A DNA stretch of 64,000 nt from Eledone cirrhosa. Lineage: Eukaryota. The stretch lies in contig CAXHJY010000134.1 of NCBI GenBank assembly GCA_964016885.1, positions 31,800 through 95,799 on the forward strand. The letters are read 5' to 3'. The translations under genes and the position numbers were made by a program. Position 1 is the stretch's first letter. Each line of letters opens with the position of its first letter. This document shows, piece after piece, positions 1-11,281 of this stretch. The notes beneath the pieces are model-generated. The model did no database searches. It had not been told where the DNA came from and was given only the letters and a program-made list of their open reading frames with translations.

Positions 1-180
1 CATATATACATACATATATATGCACATATATTTTTTTGTATTGCACCATAGAGCATGTGTGTTTACGTGTGTCATTGTGTTTATATGTGGGTAGAGATGT
101 GTGCTATTCCGTTTACCAATATATAATAACTTGTGTGTTACACCTCTATTCTTTTAACTATATATATATATATATATATA

Positions 181-1313
181 GTAAAAAATTGAACGGGAAC
201 AAAACAGAGAGACAGTACGAACAAAGGTTTATTAGTTTCACGCTCTTGAGAGTGGGGTGGTGGTGGGGAACAACGTTTCGGGCATAAGCCCTTCTTCAGG
301 TGAAAAGTGTGTGGGAAGAGAGTTCAAAGGGTGTGTAGGGGAGTGGTGGAGAGACATATAGAAAAGAGGGCGTGAGAGGAAACGGTACAAATGAAATTAA
401 ATATAAAGGCATGATAAAAATAAAAATAAAAATACACATGAAGTAAAACAGGTGGTGGAAGGGTGTGGGGCGTGTAGGGGTGGTGGCGGGTGGAGTGGGG
501 AGAGGGAGACGGGGTGTCCGAGCGGGGAGGGCTGAAGGTGGTGTGTGTGTGTAGGTGTAGGTGTACGTGTGTGTGTGTGTGTATGTGAAAGTAAGAGTTG
601 GGAGAAGAACGGGGTTGCATGTTCAGGAAGAGGTGTGTGTAGGGTGGGGTGTAGGTCGGAGTGTGTGTACGTGTGTGGATAGAGGGGTGGGGGGAGAGGA
701 TGGGTAGGTGTGAAAGTTGGAGTGAGAGGGTGTGTGTGTGTATTATAGAGGTGTTAGTGGGATGTGTGTGTGTTTGAGAAAGGGTGTGGGTGGAGCGGGG
801 AGAGAAGGGTGTGGGGGCCGATGGAGGGAGTGTAGTGTACTGGTGTGTGTGTGCGTGTTTGGATGAGTGTGTATGTGGTGAAGGGGTGTTAGTGGGTGTT
901 AGTATACTGGAGGTGGAGAAGGGGTTGAATGCGGGTGTGAGTGGGGGTCAGTGGTGGTAGGGTGTGTAGAGTGGGTGGTGTAAGAGGGTGTGTGTGTTCG
1001 TGTGCGTAGGGTTGGGGGGGGGTAGTGATGTTGGTTGCGTGTAGAGTGGGTGGTGTAAGTGGGTGTGTGTGTTCGTGTGCTTGGGGTCGGAGGGTGTTAG
1101 TGATGTTAGTTGCGGGGTGGTGGGGTGGATGTGTGGGGGTGAGGGTTAGTGGTGGTAGTAGGGTGTGTGTTTAGTGTGAGCGCGTGTATATATGTACCGG
1201 TGGGTGTGTGTGTGTGATAAGGAGAGGGAGGAGAAGAAGGGAGGGATATTAGTATGTTAGTTGGGGAAGGGTGGTCGGGTGTGGGGCGGAGGTGTTAGTA
1301 TTGTTAGTTGTGG

Positions 1314-1316
<3 letters not shown>
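181..1316 (-). mobile_element. Penelope-like pseudo-LTR remnant (GT-rich low-complexity body) between (TA)n tracts
   Basis: The minus strand carries CTGAAGA-A-GGGC-TTAT-GCCC-GAAACGTTG followed by AATAAA, a layout typical of PLE pLTR ends. Flanked by (TA)n; no ORF seen. Confidence 0.4.
268..305 (-). ncRNA. Minimal hammerhead-ribozyme-like motif
   Basis: Core CUGAAGA, stem II GGGC/GCCC with UUAU loop, then GAAAC and the palindrome AACGTT. Stem I is not clearly formed. Confidence 0.45.
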
Positions 1317-1371
<55 letters not shown>

Positions 1372-1598
1372 AGTGAAATGACAGGAGGCCAAATATGTTG
1401 AATTTCTTTGATCTTTTTATTACTGTAAAAGCTATGCACATTTCAGTGGCCAGGTTGCGTAAGAACCTGGTGACCTCATCAGGTGTAAATTGCGTAATAG
1501 ATGTATACCAACGGAATGATGGTAAGCTTTAACGAAACAAGCAAAGAAAAAACAAAGAGGAAAAAGCGTGTGCTATGCTTTTGACCCAGAGACAGACG

Positions 1599-2054
1599 TG
1601 TAGCGAAATCTGTCCACGCCTTGAACCCTGGGTGACACCTAAAAGTCAAATTCTAGGTCAGCATCGTTTTCGGTGTGGACAGGTTCATGCGTGGGCGATC
1701 CCTCAAGGTAGGAGATAGAAAGCGACAGGTATACACAGCCTGTATATTCCCACGTTTTACACACAGAGCGATCGGAGCAGTACGTTATTACAAGCTATGT
1801 AAAGATCACCGCTATCTACAGGTCACAGTGGTCTACAGCCAACTACAGATCATTACTCTCTCTCTCTCCTGGTCTCAGACTACACCAGCCTCACAACAAC
1901 AACAAAATAACATTCTCAACCTTCGCAACTCATGGTAACTTGTTTATTGTTCTTTTTGACTGAAGTGAAGTAAACCTTTATATATAAAGTAAATTACTAT
2001 TCTTGTTATTACATCTAACAACCATGTTATTCATCTAACAATTTCTTACTAACA
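1599..2054 (+). mobile_element. Putative solo LTR
   Basis: TGTAG...CTAACA termini with a C/T-rich interior and AT-rich 3' part. No TSD found. Confidence 0.3.
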
Positions 2055-2441
2055 CCACTTCGTTAAAAACGAAGTAGTACATTGCTCGCTCGTCTCTGAG
2101 TGAGGTTTTTATTTTTAACAAATCTTCCCTGATAGTTTGCTTGCGGGTATGGGGATGTATAGTTTACTTGGCGAATCAATACTACCCTCAACTCCAGCAG
2201 CCTTCGGACTGCAGGCCAGAGAGGGAGAGAATATCGTGTTACAGAAAATGGTAATTCTCCTGGGTCAAGCTAAAGTCTATGCACAACATATGGGGGGGGG
2301 GGGGGGGGGCATATTAAGTAGAGAAACAAATTCCGGTTAGGAATGTATATAAGTTGGAGTTAGGAATATTAGGAATTTTAGAAATTGAAGATTCCAATGA
2401 TAGAGTTGTGTAAATCAGGGACCTAATAAGACAAATATAAT

Positions 2442-2616
2442 TATTTCTACTTTTGGCACAAGGCCAGCAATTACCCAGTGCATTACTGGTACTTTATTTT
2501 ATCGACCCCGTAAGGATGAAAGGCAAAGTTAACCTCGGTGGGATTTGGACTCAGACCATAAAGGGCCGTAACTCTTTGCTGCAAAGCAACCCTCTACGAT
2601 ACTGCCAATCCACCGC
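2442..2616 (-). mobile_element. tRNA-derived SINE (Octopus-type, short variant) with 20-bp TSD
   Basis: Box A/B-like head and central GCCTTTCATCC...GGTCGATAAA..GTACC domain. TSD CCTAATAAGACAAATATAAT at 2422-2441 and 2617-2636. Confidence 0.85.
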
Positions 2617-2918
2617 CCTAATAAGACAAATATAATGTTAGTTAAGCTAAGCTCAGTTGCTATCCGCTTCATATTCCCCTCATAGTTCAATGTTATATTA
2701 AATTACGATAGTAATAAGGTATGGCGGTTACCAACCGAGAAAGGCAACCCCCCATAACACACAGGGACCAAGGTCCGCCGACCGTTCCGAGTAATTACGG
2801 TTTACCGTAGAAAAAGGAAATTTTATTTATTTCCAAGCACTCAAGGGGGTGGACAGACCTAGTTGCCTCGAGTGCAGCTAGAAGGGTATCCATAGCCAGT
2901 CGGTGTCGTAACATGCCA

Positions 2919-3080
2919 TGTATTCTTAGCCATCCATGATAGGGAAGTTAGTTCTAAAATCGAAAAGTATCAAAATTGAAGCTACATAGGGAATGGTGCC
3001 CGTAGCCTTGTATTCTTAGCCATCCATGCTGCTGAAGTTAGTGCTAAAGTCGAGAAGTATCAACATTGAAGCTACGTAGG
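2919..3080. repeat. Diverged 72-bp direct duplication
   Basis: TGTATTCTTAGCCATCCATG...GAAGCTAC(A/G)TAGG at 2919-2990 and 3009-3080. Confidence 0.75.
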
Positions 3081-3399
3081 ATACAATGAGATAGGAAAAA
3101 ACTATACACAGTCCCCAACAGTCCCTAGGTTCCACGTACCGGTCAGTCCCATAATCATACTCGGCGATATCCACACAGATAAGGTACATACATTCAAACC
3201 AGGTTATCACCATAATATGAAGAATGTATCCCTAGGGGTAGGTGGGACAATCAATCAGACATATATACATATAGCTAATGGTAAATATGGGAAGGATTAT
3301 TTAATGGAAAGTATAATGTATTGAGGACATAGAAAGTAAAAGAATTTAGGTAAAGGATGAGTGAGATAATACATCCTAGTAGTCATGGGAGTGAAAGAT

Positions 3400-3401
<2 letters not shown>

Positions 3402-3470
<69 letters not shown>
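3402..3470. repeat. (CA)n microsatellite
   Basis: Direct reading. Confidence 0.95.
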
Positions 3471-3475
<5 letters not shown>

Positions 3476-3588
3476 GTATATATATATATATATTAGGGAG
3501 TGTTAAAGTTTGCTTGAAACATTGTGGAATATGAAAAATAGTCGTTTTGGGAGCCTCATCTGCATTGTTGAGGCTTCCAAAACGACTA

Positions 3589-3619
<31 letters not shown>

Positions 3620-3834
3620 ATACACACACACATATATTCTTTTTTTACAGAAAAGCTTCGTATTTCATATAGCTTAGGGCCTTGGCAAGTGAAGGCCCGG
3701 CCCTGGACGCCGTAGTGATAACGACGTTTCTTGGGCATTTATATCTAGTAGAGCTTATCCCTCTTCAGGTCAATTTCTTCCAGAGAAACAGAGAAAACGA
3801 GAGAGACCGGAAGTGAGATAGAGGGAAAATCAAC

Positions 3835-3980
3835 CCAAGTACTGGACTGATACTTCATTTACCGACATTGAAGCGATGGTAAATTCCACCTCAGTGGCAT
3901 TTGAACTCAGAGCGGAAAAAGCCGGAAGGAATACCGCGAAGCATTTTATTTGACGTTCTAACGACTGCCAATTCGCGGTT
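3835..3980 (-). mobile_element. Degenerate tRNA-derived SINE
   Basis: Recognisable TTTGAACTCAGA and ACTGCCAATTC segments, heavily diverged. Confidence 0.55.
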
Positions 3981-4059
3981 TTATCATGCATACATACTTG
4001 GTGATTGCTTCATCTTTGCTGATGATTGCCGTCTCCTTATGCACCCCCATCAACCGTCA

Positions 4060-5660
4060 CCAACTCCAGACGTCCGTTCATGGTCTCTTAGGTGGCTTTT
4101 AAGTCCAGCTGCATGGTCTGCAGCAAATGTGACAGACAAAAGATGTTCCCTGTAATGGGTTGATTGAGTCAGTTTGAAGGATGTCATCCTTATGTACCCT
4201 CATATGCCTTTTAAGATCAGAAATTTATTTCTAGATTCTTTTGCACACCACACATGTTATCTCACTTAGTATTAGATTGATAGAGCTGCATAGAGTTGGA
4301 TTTTCATGTGATTTAAAAAGCAGTAGACGACCACACACTTCTCAAATCCAGCTCCCTATGTTTTTATTGAGGTTCATACTGTGGCTTTTTCGAAGCTGAC
4401 GTTTAAGTTTTTCATGGTCAAGACGTCCCTCTTCAAACATTCTTCAGCCTTCCTTCACATGCTCTCGCCATTCAACCCTCTTTAAAGCAAGCACTTCCCA
4501 TTTCTGAACTTCAAACTGTAGATCCTGTTGTATTTTTATGCAATCTTTGTATCATTTTCTTGGTTTGTGCTGAAGGCGTTTCCCAGTGTGCAACTGATTG
4601 TAAAATAGTTGTAAAATAGTTGTTTTGCACTGCCCAGGTAAACAAAAGTACCAACTTCACTCAACCTAATTCCATGCACCATCATATTTGGCTCAATGTA
4701 TGCATCCTCTGGTGATGGGGTGAACATTACCTTAGTTTTTTTCAGATTAATTTTCATACCAAAGGCATTACAAGAAGCTACAAAACGATCCATGATGTGT
4801 TGCATGTCATCTTGAGAATGAGCCAGAAAGTCAACATCGTCTGCATACAGTTCTCTAATTAGTATTTTGAACACCTTGGACCTAAGAATTGAACCTTCTT
4901 AGGTCAAAGTTTCTTCCTGTAGTTCTAACTTGCAATAGTCCTGGAATGCATGAGTCAGCATCACAGAAAAAATCATTGAAAACAGTGTGCGAGCCGGGAT
5001 ATCTCCCTGCTTCACGTCATTATCAACTGGGATTTCATTGGACAACTCTCCATTCAAGACAACCCGAGCCTTCATATTTCTGTGCAGTCGGACGAACATA
5101 TCAATAAACTTTGGTAGGCACCCTATTTTCCCTAGTATTTTCCACAGCACACCTCTGTCCACCGTATCAAAGGCCTTTGTCAGATCGACAAAAACCTGAT
5201 ACATTTCTCCTGAGAGAAAATCATATCAATTGTCCCTCTGCCAGATCTAAATCCACTTTGTGATTCAGAGATGACTATACGACAAATGTCCTCCATCAAC
5301 CTGTTCAACAATAATCTAGCAATAACTTTGCCTATGGATTCCAACAGAGTGATGCCACGGTAGTGATCGCAAAATCGTCCAACCCCTTTATCTTTAACAC
5401 ACCTACAGGGTGTCCATCTGATCCAGGTGCCTTACCTGTGTTTAACTTGTTGATGGCAATTTTAACCTCATTATAATCTGGTAATCGATCCAATTTAATA
5501 TTTACTTCACATTGGGGGATGCCATCTAGCACATCATGATCAACTGATGAGGGCTTATCAAATAAATCAGTGAAATGTTCTTGCCAATGCTTAAGGATTT
5601 TCTCTGATTCCTTGATGATGGCAGTGTCGTCTTTGGACCTTATGGGAACAATAGGGCTGC
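4060..5660 (-). pseudogene. Degenerate RTE (BovB-like) LINE reverse transcriptase
   Basis: Fragmented ORFs with KAPGSDG, VFVDLTKAFDTVDR, VKQGD, YADD, INLKKTKVM and FVYLGS, broken by frameshifts and stops. Confidence 0.85.
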
Positions 5661-6267
5661 TCAGACATAGGATTCTCCATCAAAGTTAGTCCCTGTCAAA
5701 GGAAGACACGACAACAATGTTATGATAAGATCCCTGCCGCCTATGTGCAGATTTACAACTGCGTGCTTCCAACTGATCAGGTCTGTACACGTCGCCACTC
5801 CTCCATCGCCATAAGATTTTCATCTGATAAAATGACAGGTGAGATCACAAGAGAGGCATCTGTATATCATGGGATTATAGTGGTGGGATTATAGTGGTGA
5901 TTTTTGTATGGTGACAAGCCTGAACCTGATGAACCGTAATCACATCAACTGCAGGATTTATTTTTTTTAGAAAGGTAATGTAACAACACCTTGGGGTCCT
6001 TCACTCCCAGTTTATTTTCTTTTTACTCACACCTGTAAATGAGTTGCAATAATTCGCTTACTTTTTCATAAACGTAGACCAGGGACCCGTTTGAAAGTTA
6101 AAATGTTAAAAGGGTTATAAAACAAGTATATATAAAAATAATTATTTAAAAGTTTTTATTTTAAAGTTAAAAAAAAATCTTTTATCAAGTATATATATAT
6201 GGACACACAGACAGGCGGGCAATCAATTACCCCCACGCACCCACACAATATATTCATATTTACACAC

Positions 6268-6762
6268 AAGCTTGGTGGGGTTGCCGGTTTAGTCGCCGAC
6301 GACTCGACTATGCGACAGGTTGTACTGGGTTACATGTTACCAGTACCACTGAAGAGCGACCTGACATACATACATACATACATACATACATACATACATA
6401 CATACATACATACATACATGCATGCATGCATACATACATACATACATACATACATACATACATACATACATACATACATACATACATACATACATGGTGG
6501 CTGCCAACTCGTTTTCGAGTACGGCCACTACTTTATATCCATGTAGGAGAACCCCTACCGATGCGCTGAACGAGTGTGACTTTTTAGTCCAGCCAGCGAC
6601 TTGAAAACTCTGGTACAAACACCACACTTGTGACAATTACTGACACATAGTGTTGGGCCCATGGTACCATGTGACGACAAGTGTAGAGAGATCTCCAGAT
6701 ATAAAGCAATGCCTGTGCCGTGAAGCTTTTATAGTGAGCAAAGGCACTGCACAAAGCCAGTC
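6268..6762 (-). mobile_element. Fragments of the short RTE-derived non-autonomous element (5' piece 6268-6333, 3' piece 6495-6762) separated by (TACA)n
   Basis: Near-identical to segments of the copies at 10612-11194 and 17691-18266. Confidence 0.8.
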
Positions 6763-7034
6763 ACACACATATATATACACATACATATACACATATATGT
6801 ACACACACACATACATACACATGTACACACACATATATACATATATATGTACACACACATATACACATATATGTACACACATATACATATCCATGTACAC
6901 ACATATATACACATATATGTACACATACATATACACACACATGCACACATACACATGTACACACATATACATATACATATACATATATATGCACACACAC
7001 ACACACATATACATACATATGTACACATATATAT

Positions 7035-7991
7035 ACTAGACATGAAAAATGCGCAAGCTCAAAAGTGCCACAGAATGTTATAATAAACCTTCAAAAGTGT
7101 GGGACTAGAGTTGTTGCTAAAAAATATTGTAATCATTATATATCGTACATTCTGTGGCATCCTTTATAAAAATAGCTTAAACCAACGAAGCCTTTATTTT
7201 TACGCTATTTCACTTAGTTAATTCTTAGAGTGTAGCATATAAAAATATGATTTACAACTATAAAATAAATTAATTAATATAATAACAGAGCTGCGGAGCT
7301 GACATTTAGGAAATAATGGAGTATCGGATCCTGAGTTGGAGCCAGTCAATTTTTGGCCGACTCCGCAGCCCTGTATAATACATTTCATATTAAAGTTATT
7401 AATAAACCTATTTTACACTTCATGCAAATTACCACGAGATATTGATATTAGATATAAGATACAGCGCAATATCTACAGCTGTAAAAGTACGAAAGCGAAG
7501 TAATAATAAGTGGCTTAAGGTAATTCCAATATGAAAGTTTGTAGTGATAAAAATTTGATAATGCAATACGATTGTTAATATTATAGTTCTATGAAAATGT
7601 AACAATAGATAACTAAATTATTTTACTATTAGTATATTTAAGAAATTATCATTATAGATTTGATCGTTCATATAAGCATCATATTAAGTTTCAACACAAT
7701 TATTTTGTTACTATGAGTATATGATAATAATATTACGTAATTATTTATAGCTGTTATTACATTAAACATAGATGTATTTATTTTTATATGTTACACTCTA
7801 AGAATTAACTAAGTGAAATAGCGTAAAAATAAAGGCTTCGTTGGTTTAAGCTATTTTTATAAAGGATGCCACAGAATGTACGATATATAATGATTACAAT
7901 ATTTTTTAGCAACAACTCTAGTCCCACACTTTTGAAGGTTTATTATAACATTCTGTGGCACTTTTGAGCTTGCGCATTTTTCATGACTAGT
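7035..7991. mobile_element. Foldback/MITE with ~210-bp terminal inverted repeats
   Basis: 7035-7246 is a near-perfect reverse complement of 7779-7991. Interior is AT-rich and non-coding. Confidence 0.85.
7286..7373. mobile_element. Tiny hAT-type MITE nested in the foldback
   Basis: TIRs CAGAGCTGCGGAG / CTCCGCAGCCCTG and 8-bp TSD TATAATAA/TATAATAC. Confidence 0.7.
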
Positions 7992-8549
7992 TTAATATTT
8001 TTTTAAGGCAACGCTTGTAATAACTCTAGTTAAACAGGATATATATTAATAATAAATTATCGTTGTAATATAATTAGATTATGTAATTGTTATTATAAAT
8101 TATCTTATAAATATTAGTGTAAGATGTATAAAAATATTTTCAGACTTTTAATATAAACAACTACAAAAAACAATCAATATTAAATCAATATATTATACAT
8201 AACATAAAACATAAAATATACAATACAAAAACAAAATATTTACATACAATTGCAATTATCAGTGTATATACATTTTCTTTATATTCCCTGAGCAAATTAA
8301 TAAGATTTGTTTTTATTGTACATAATTTGATGACTTGTTGGAGTGTATTAAAAGATAGCAACAATTTGTGATTAAATTGTTATCTTAAGCAACTCACTTT
8401 TTAATAGTTGTTGGCTGAGCGAAATTGTAAAAGCCTATGAGCAAATATAAAAAAAAATACACAAACAACATTTCCTTGTGTTATTACAACATTAGATAAA
8501 ATAATTGAGCAATGTCGTTATATTTTGCTCTTATTGCACATTAATAGTG

Positions 8550-8715
8550 TTTCTATTTTTCGGCACAAATCCATTACGGCAGTCCATTACTGGTACTTTA
8601 TTTTATCGAATTAGTAAGTATGAAAGTCGAAGTTAACCTCGGCAGGATTTGAACTTAGAATGCAAAGGACCATAACAATACTGCAAAGCATGGTGTCTGA
8701 CGCTCTACCAATACT
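8550..8715 (-). mobile_element. tRNA-derived SINE (diverged)
   Basis: Same core as the 2442-2616 copy. Confidence 0.7.
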
Positions 8716-9105
8716 TGTGTTGAGCTGGTCATTAATTTATGGTGGTCGTGCGTGGAGTAGAGCAATCGCTAGTTGAAATATTATGAACAAAACATTTTTA
8801 TTTGCCGAAGAACATATTTTCAATACTGTTTGTGAATGTGACGAAGGAAATACATTCTGATATGGAACAGTGTACAAAGTGTGTCTGTGAATAACATAAT
8901 GTTACCTCATGTTGTTGTCAAGACATAATGGATTTCGTATATCCAGTTAGAAGATGAAACCTAGCCATCTCGGATTAGTTATATTTCATGCCATGTGTAA
9001 ACGTGTTTGAGGATAGCAAAATATGCGCGTTAATTATAATAATTAGTTAATAATATTACAAAATATACCTAATTAAACTCTTTGCTTGAAATTTTATCAT
9101 TCTTC

Positions 9106-9196
<91 letters not shown>

Positions 9197-9569
9197 GAGA
9201 GAGAGATTTATCTAGTCCTTCGCTCAAGATTAATCTATAAGTTTAGATGTTTGCCTTCGTTTAAGTAAATATTACAGTAAGATTTTTAATATAAACAACT
9301 ACAAAAAACAATTAATATTAAAACGAAAAAATTATCAATGATAAAAGAAGCGGATGCAACTTTTTTTTTTATAAAGTTATATTCCTATTTCTTTAAAGAA
9401 CATTTCATTTTTGTTCTATTGTAGGCGAAATAATGCAATGGTTTAATAGGGAAGATATAACTTACGAATTATGTCTCTAACCGTGTAACGCTTTTTAAGT
9501 AGATAACTACAATTGAAAATACTAAAGAAATGGAACCAACAATTCAATTTGAAAGTCGTCTAGTGACAG

Positions 9570-9620
9570 TGTATTACTGGTACTTTATTTTATCGACCCC
9601 GTAACGATGAAAGGCAAAAA
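9570..9620 (-). mobile_element. SINE core fragment
   Basis: TACTGGTACTTTATTTTATCGACCCCGTAA...GAAAGGCAAA. Confidence 0.65.
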
Positions 9621-10611
9621 TGCAAATGCTTAAAATTTAAATTGCCTTAATTCTATCGTCTGCTGTTTCATTAAAGGGAGATTATCGTCTGTATTTAATT
9701 CTATCGTCTACTGTTCCACTAAACAGATATACCTCCACTATCGTCTCTATTTATACATTTTAACTTATAACTTATACACATTTGATTTGAAATATTTTAT
9801 CTAGTCCCCCCTCTCAATATTATGATGATTTCTTTCGAATGAAACAGTTCTAGTCCTGTAGAAGCCATTTATATATATAATTGAACTGAGTTAAAAATTC
9901 ACAATATTTATAATTAAATAAGCTCATATATATATGTGTGTATTTATCTGTTTATTGTATTATATATAATGCGTGTATATACAGGATGTCCCCCCAAAAT
10001 ATATACACACTTCAACAGCATTCTAATAACTATTGCCTGTACAGGTAATCAAAGTGTCAATCGAATGTTAGTTTCGTGTTTTAACAGTACAAATTTACAA
10101 TACACACATAAAACCAGTGTATATACATACATGAGTGTGTATACACATACATGAATGTGTATATACAATATATATGTATATATATATAGACACATATATT
10201 CACGGTGCAACGGTACATTAAAATATAGATGCGGGAGAGTGGGGGTGTATATATAGGGGCGCTGGGGATAAAGGAGTGTAAAGCGTGTGTAATTGATATA
10301 TTGAAGGAGAGGAGCGTGCAGCGATAGAGTAACAAATATATAGAGAGGGGGAGAGATGGTATTGAAGGGGAGGAGTGCAAAGCGAAAGAGTAAGAGATAT
10401 ATATAGAGACGGAACAGATAGAGAGAAACAGGCGTAAGTAACAGTGGAAGAGATATAGAGAGAGGTACTCTGATTGGTTGAAAATTAGCCAATGACATAC
10501 GATCACCACCACCACGGCTATCCCCGAAAAATTTTTAAAGAAGCTAGGCATATATGTTAGAACACGAAAAGTGAACATTCTGTTGTTTCACACTTTTCGT
10601 GTTCTAACAGA

Positions 10612-11194
10612 TGGTGGCTGCCAACTCGTTTTCGAGTACGGCCACTACTTTATATCCATGTAGGAGAACCCCTACCGATGCGCTGAACGAGTGACTTTTT
10701 AGTCCAGCCAGCGACTTGAAAACTCTGGTACAAACACTACACTTGTGACAATTATTGACACATAGTGCTTTGCCTTTGGTACCATGTGACGACAAGTGCA
10801 GAGAGATCTCCAGATACAAAGCAATGCCTGTGCCGTGAAGCTTTTATAGTGAGCAAAGGCACTGCACAAAGCCAGTCCCACTCTCTTAACCAAGATGATA
10901 TTTACCAAAAAGAAGAACAAGTCAACATCATTGGATACCATCAGGGTTGCAGGTGTTATATCAGAGTTTTCCTTCTCCTAGAATTCTGCCTTGACAAAGG
11001 CTAAGGGGTCATCTCTCCCACTGATTTTGGATGGCCATTGACTCTTAAGAGCTCCTTTGCCCTTTGACAGGTTTTGTTTTTAGTCCTGCAGGATGTCCAA
11101 AGTCACCCTCCTCACCAAGAAACCTTGGTGGGGTTGCCAGTTTAGTCGCCAACGACCCGACCATGAGACAGGTTGTACTGGGTTGTACTGGGAT
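10612..11194 (-). mobile_element. Full-length short RTE-derived non-autonomous retroelement (~580 bp)
   Basis: RTE-like 5' segment (CTAGGAGAAGGAAAACTCTGA) joined to a C-terminal zinc-finger remnant ([17 protein letters not shown]) and a 3' hairpin CTCG-AAAA-CGAG. Multi-copy in this window. Confidence 0.8.
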
Positions 11195-11281
11195 GTATGT
11201 ATACATACATACATACATACATACATACATACATACATACATACATACATACATACATACATACATACATACATACATACA

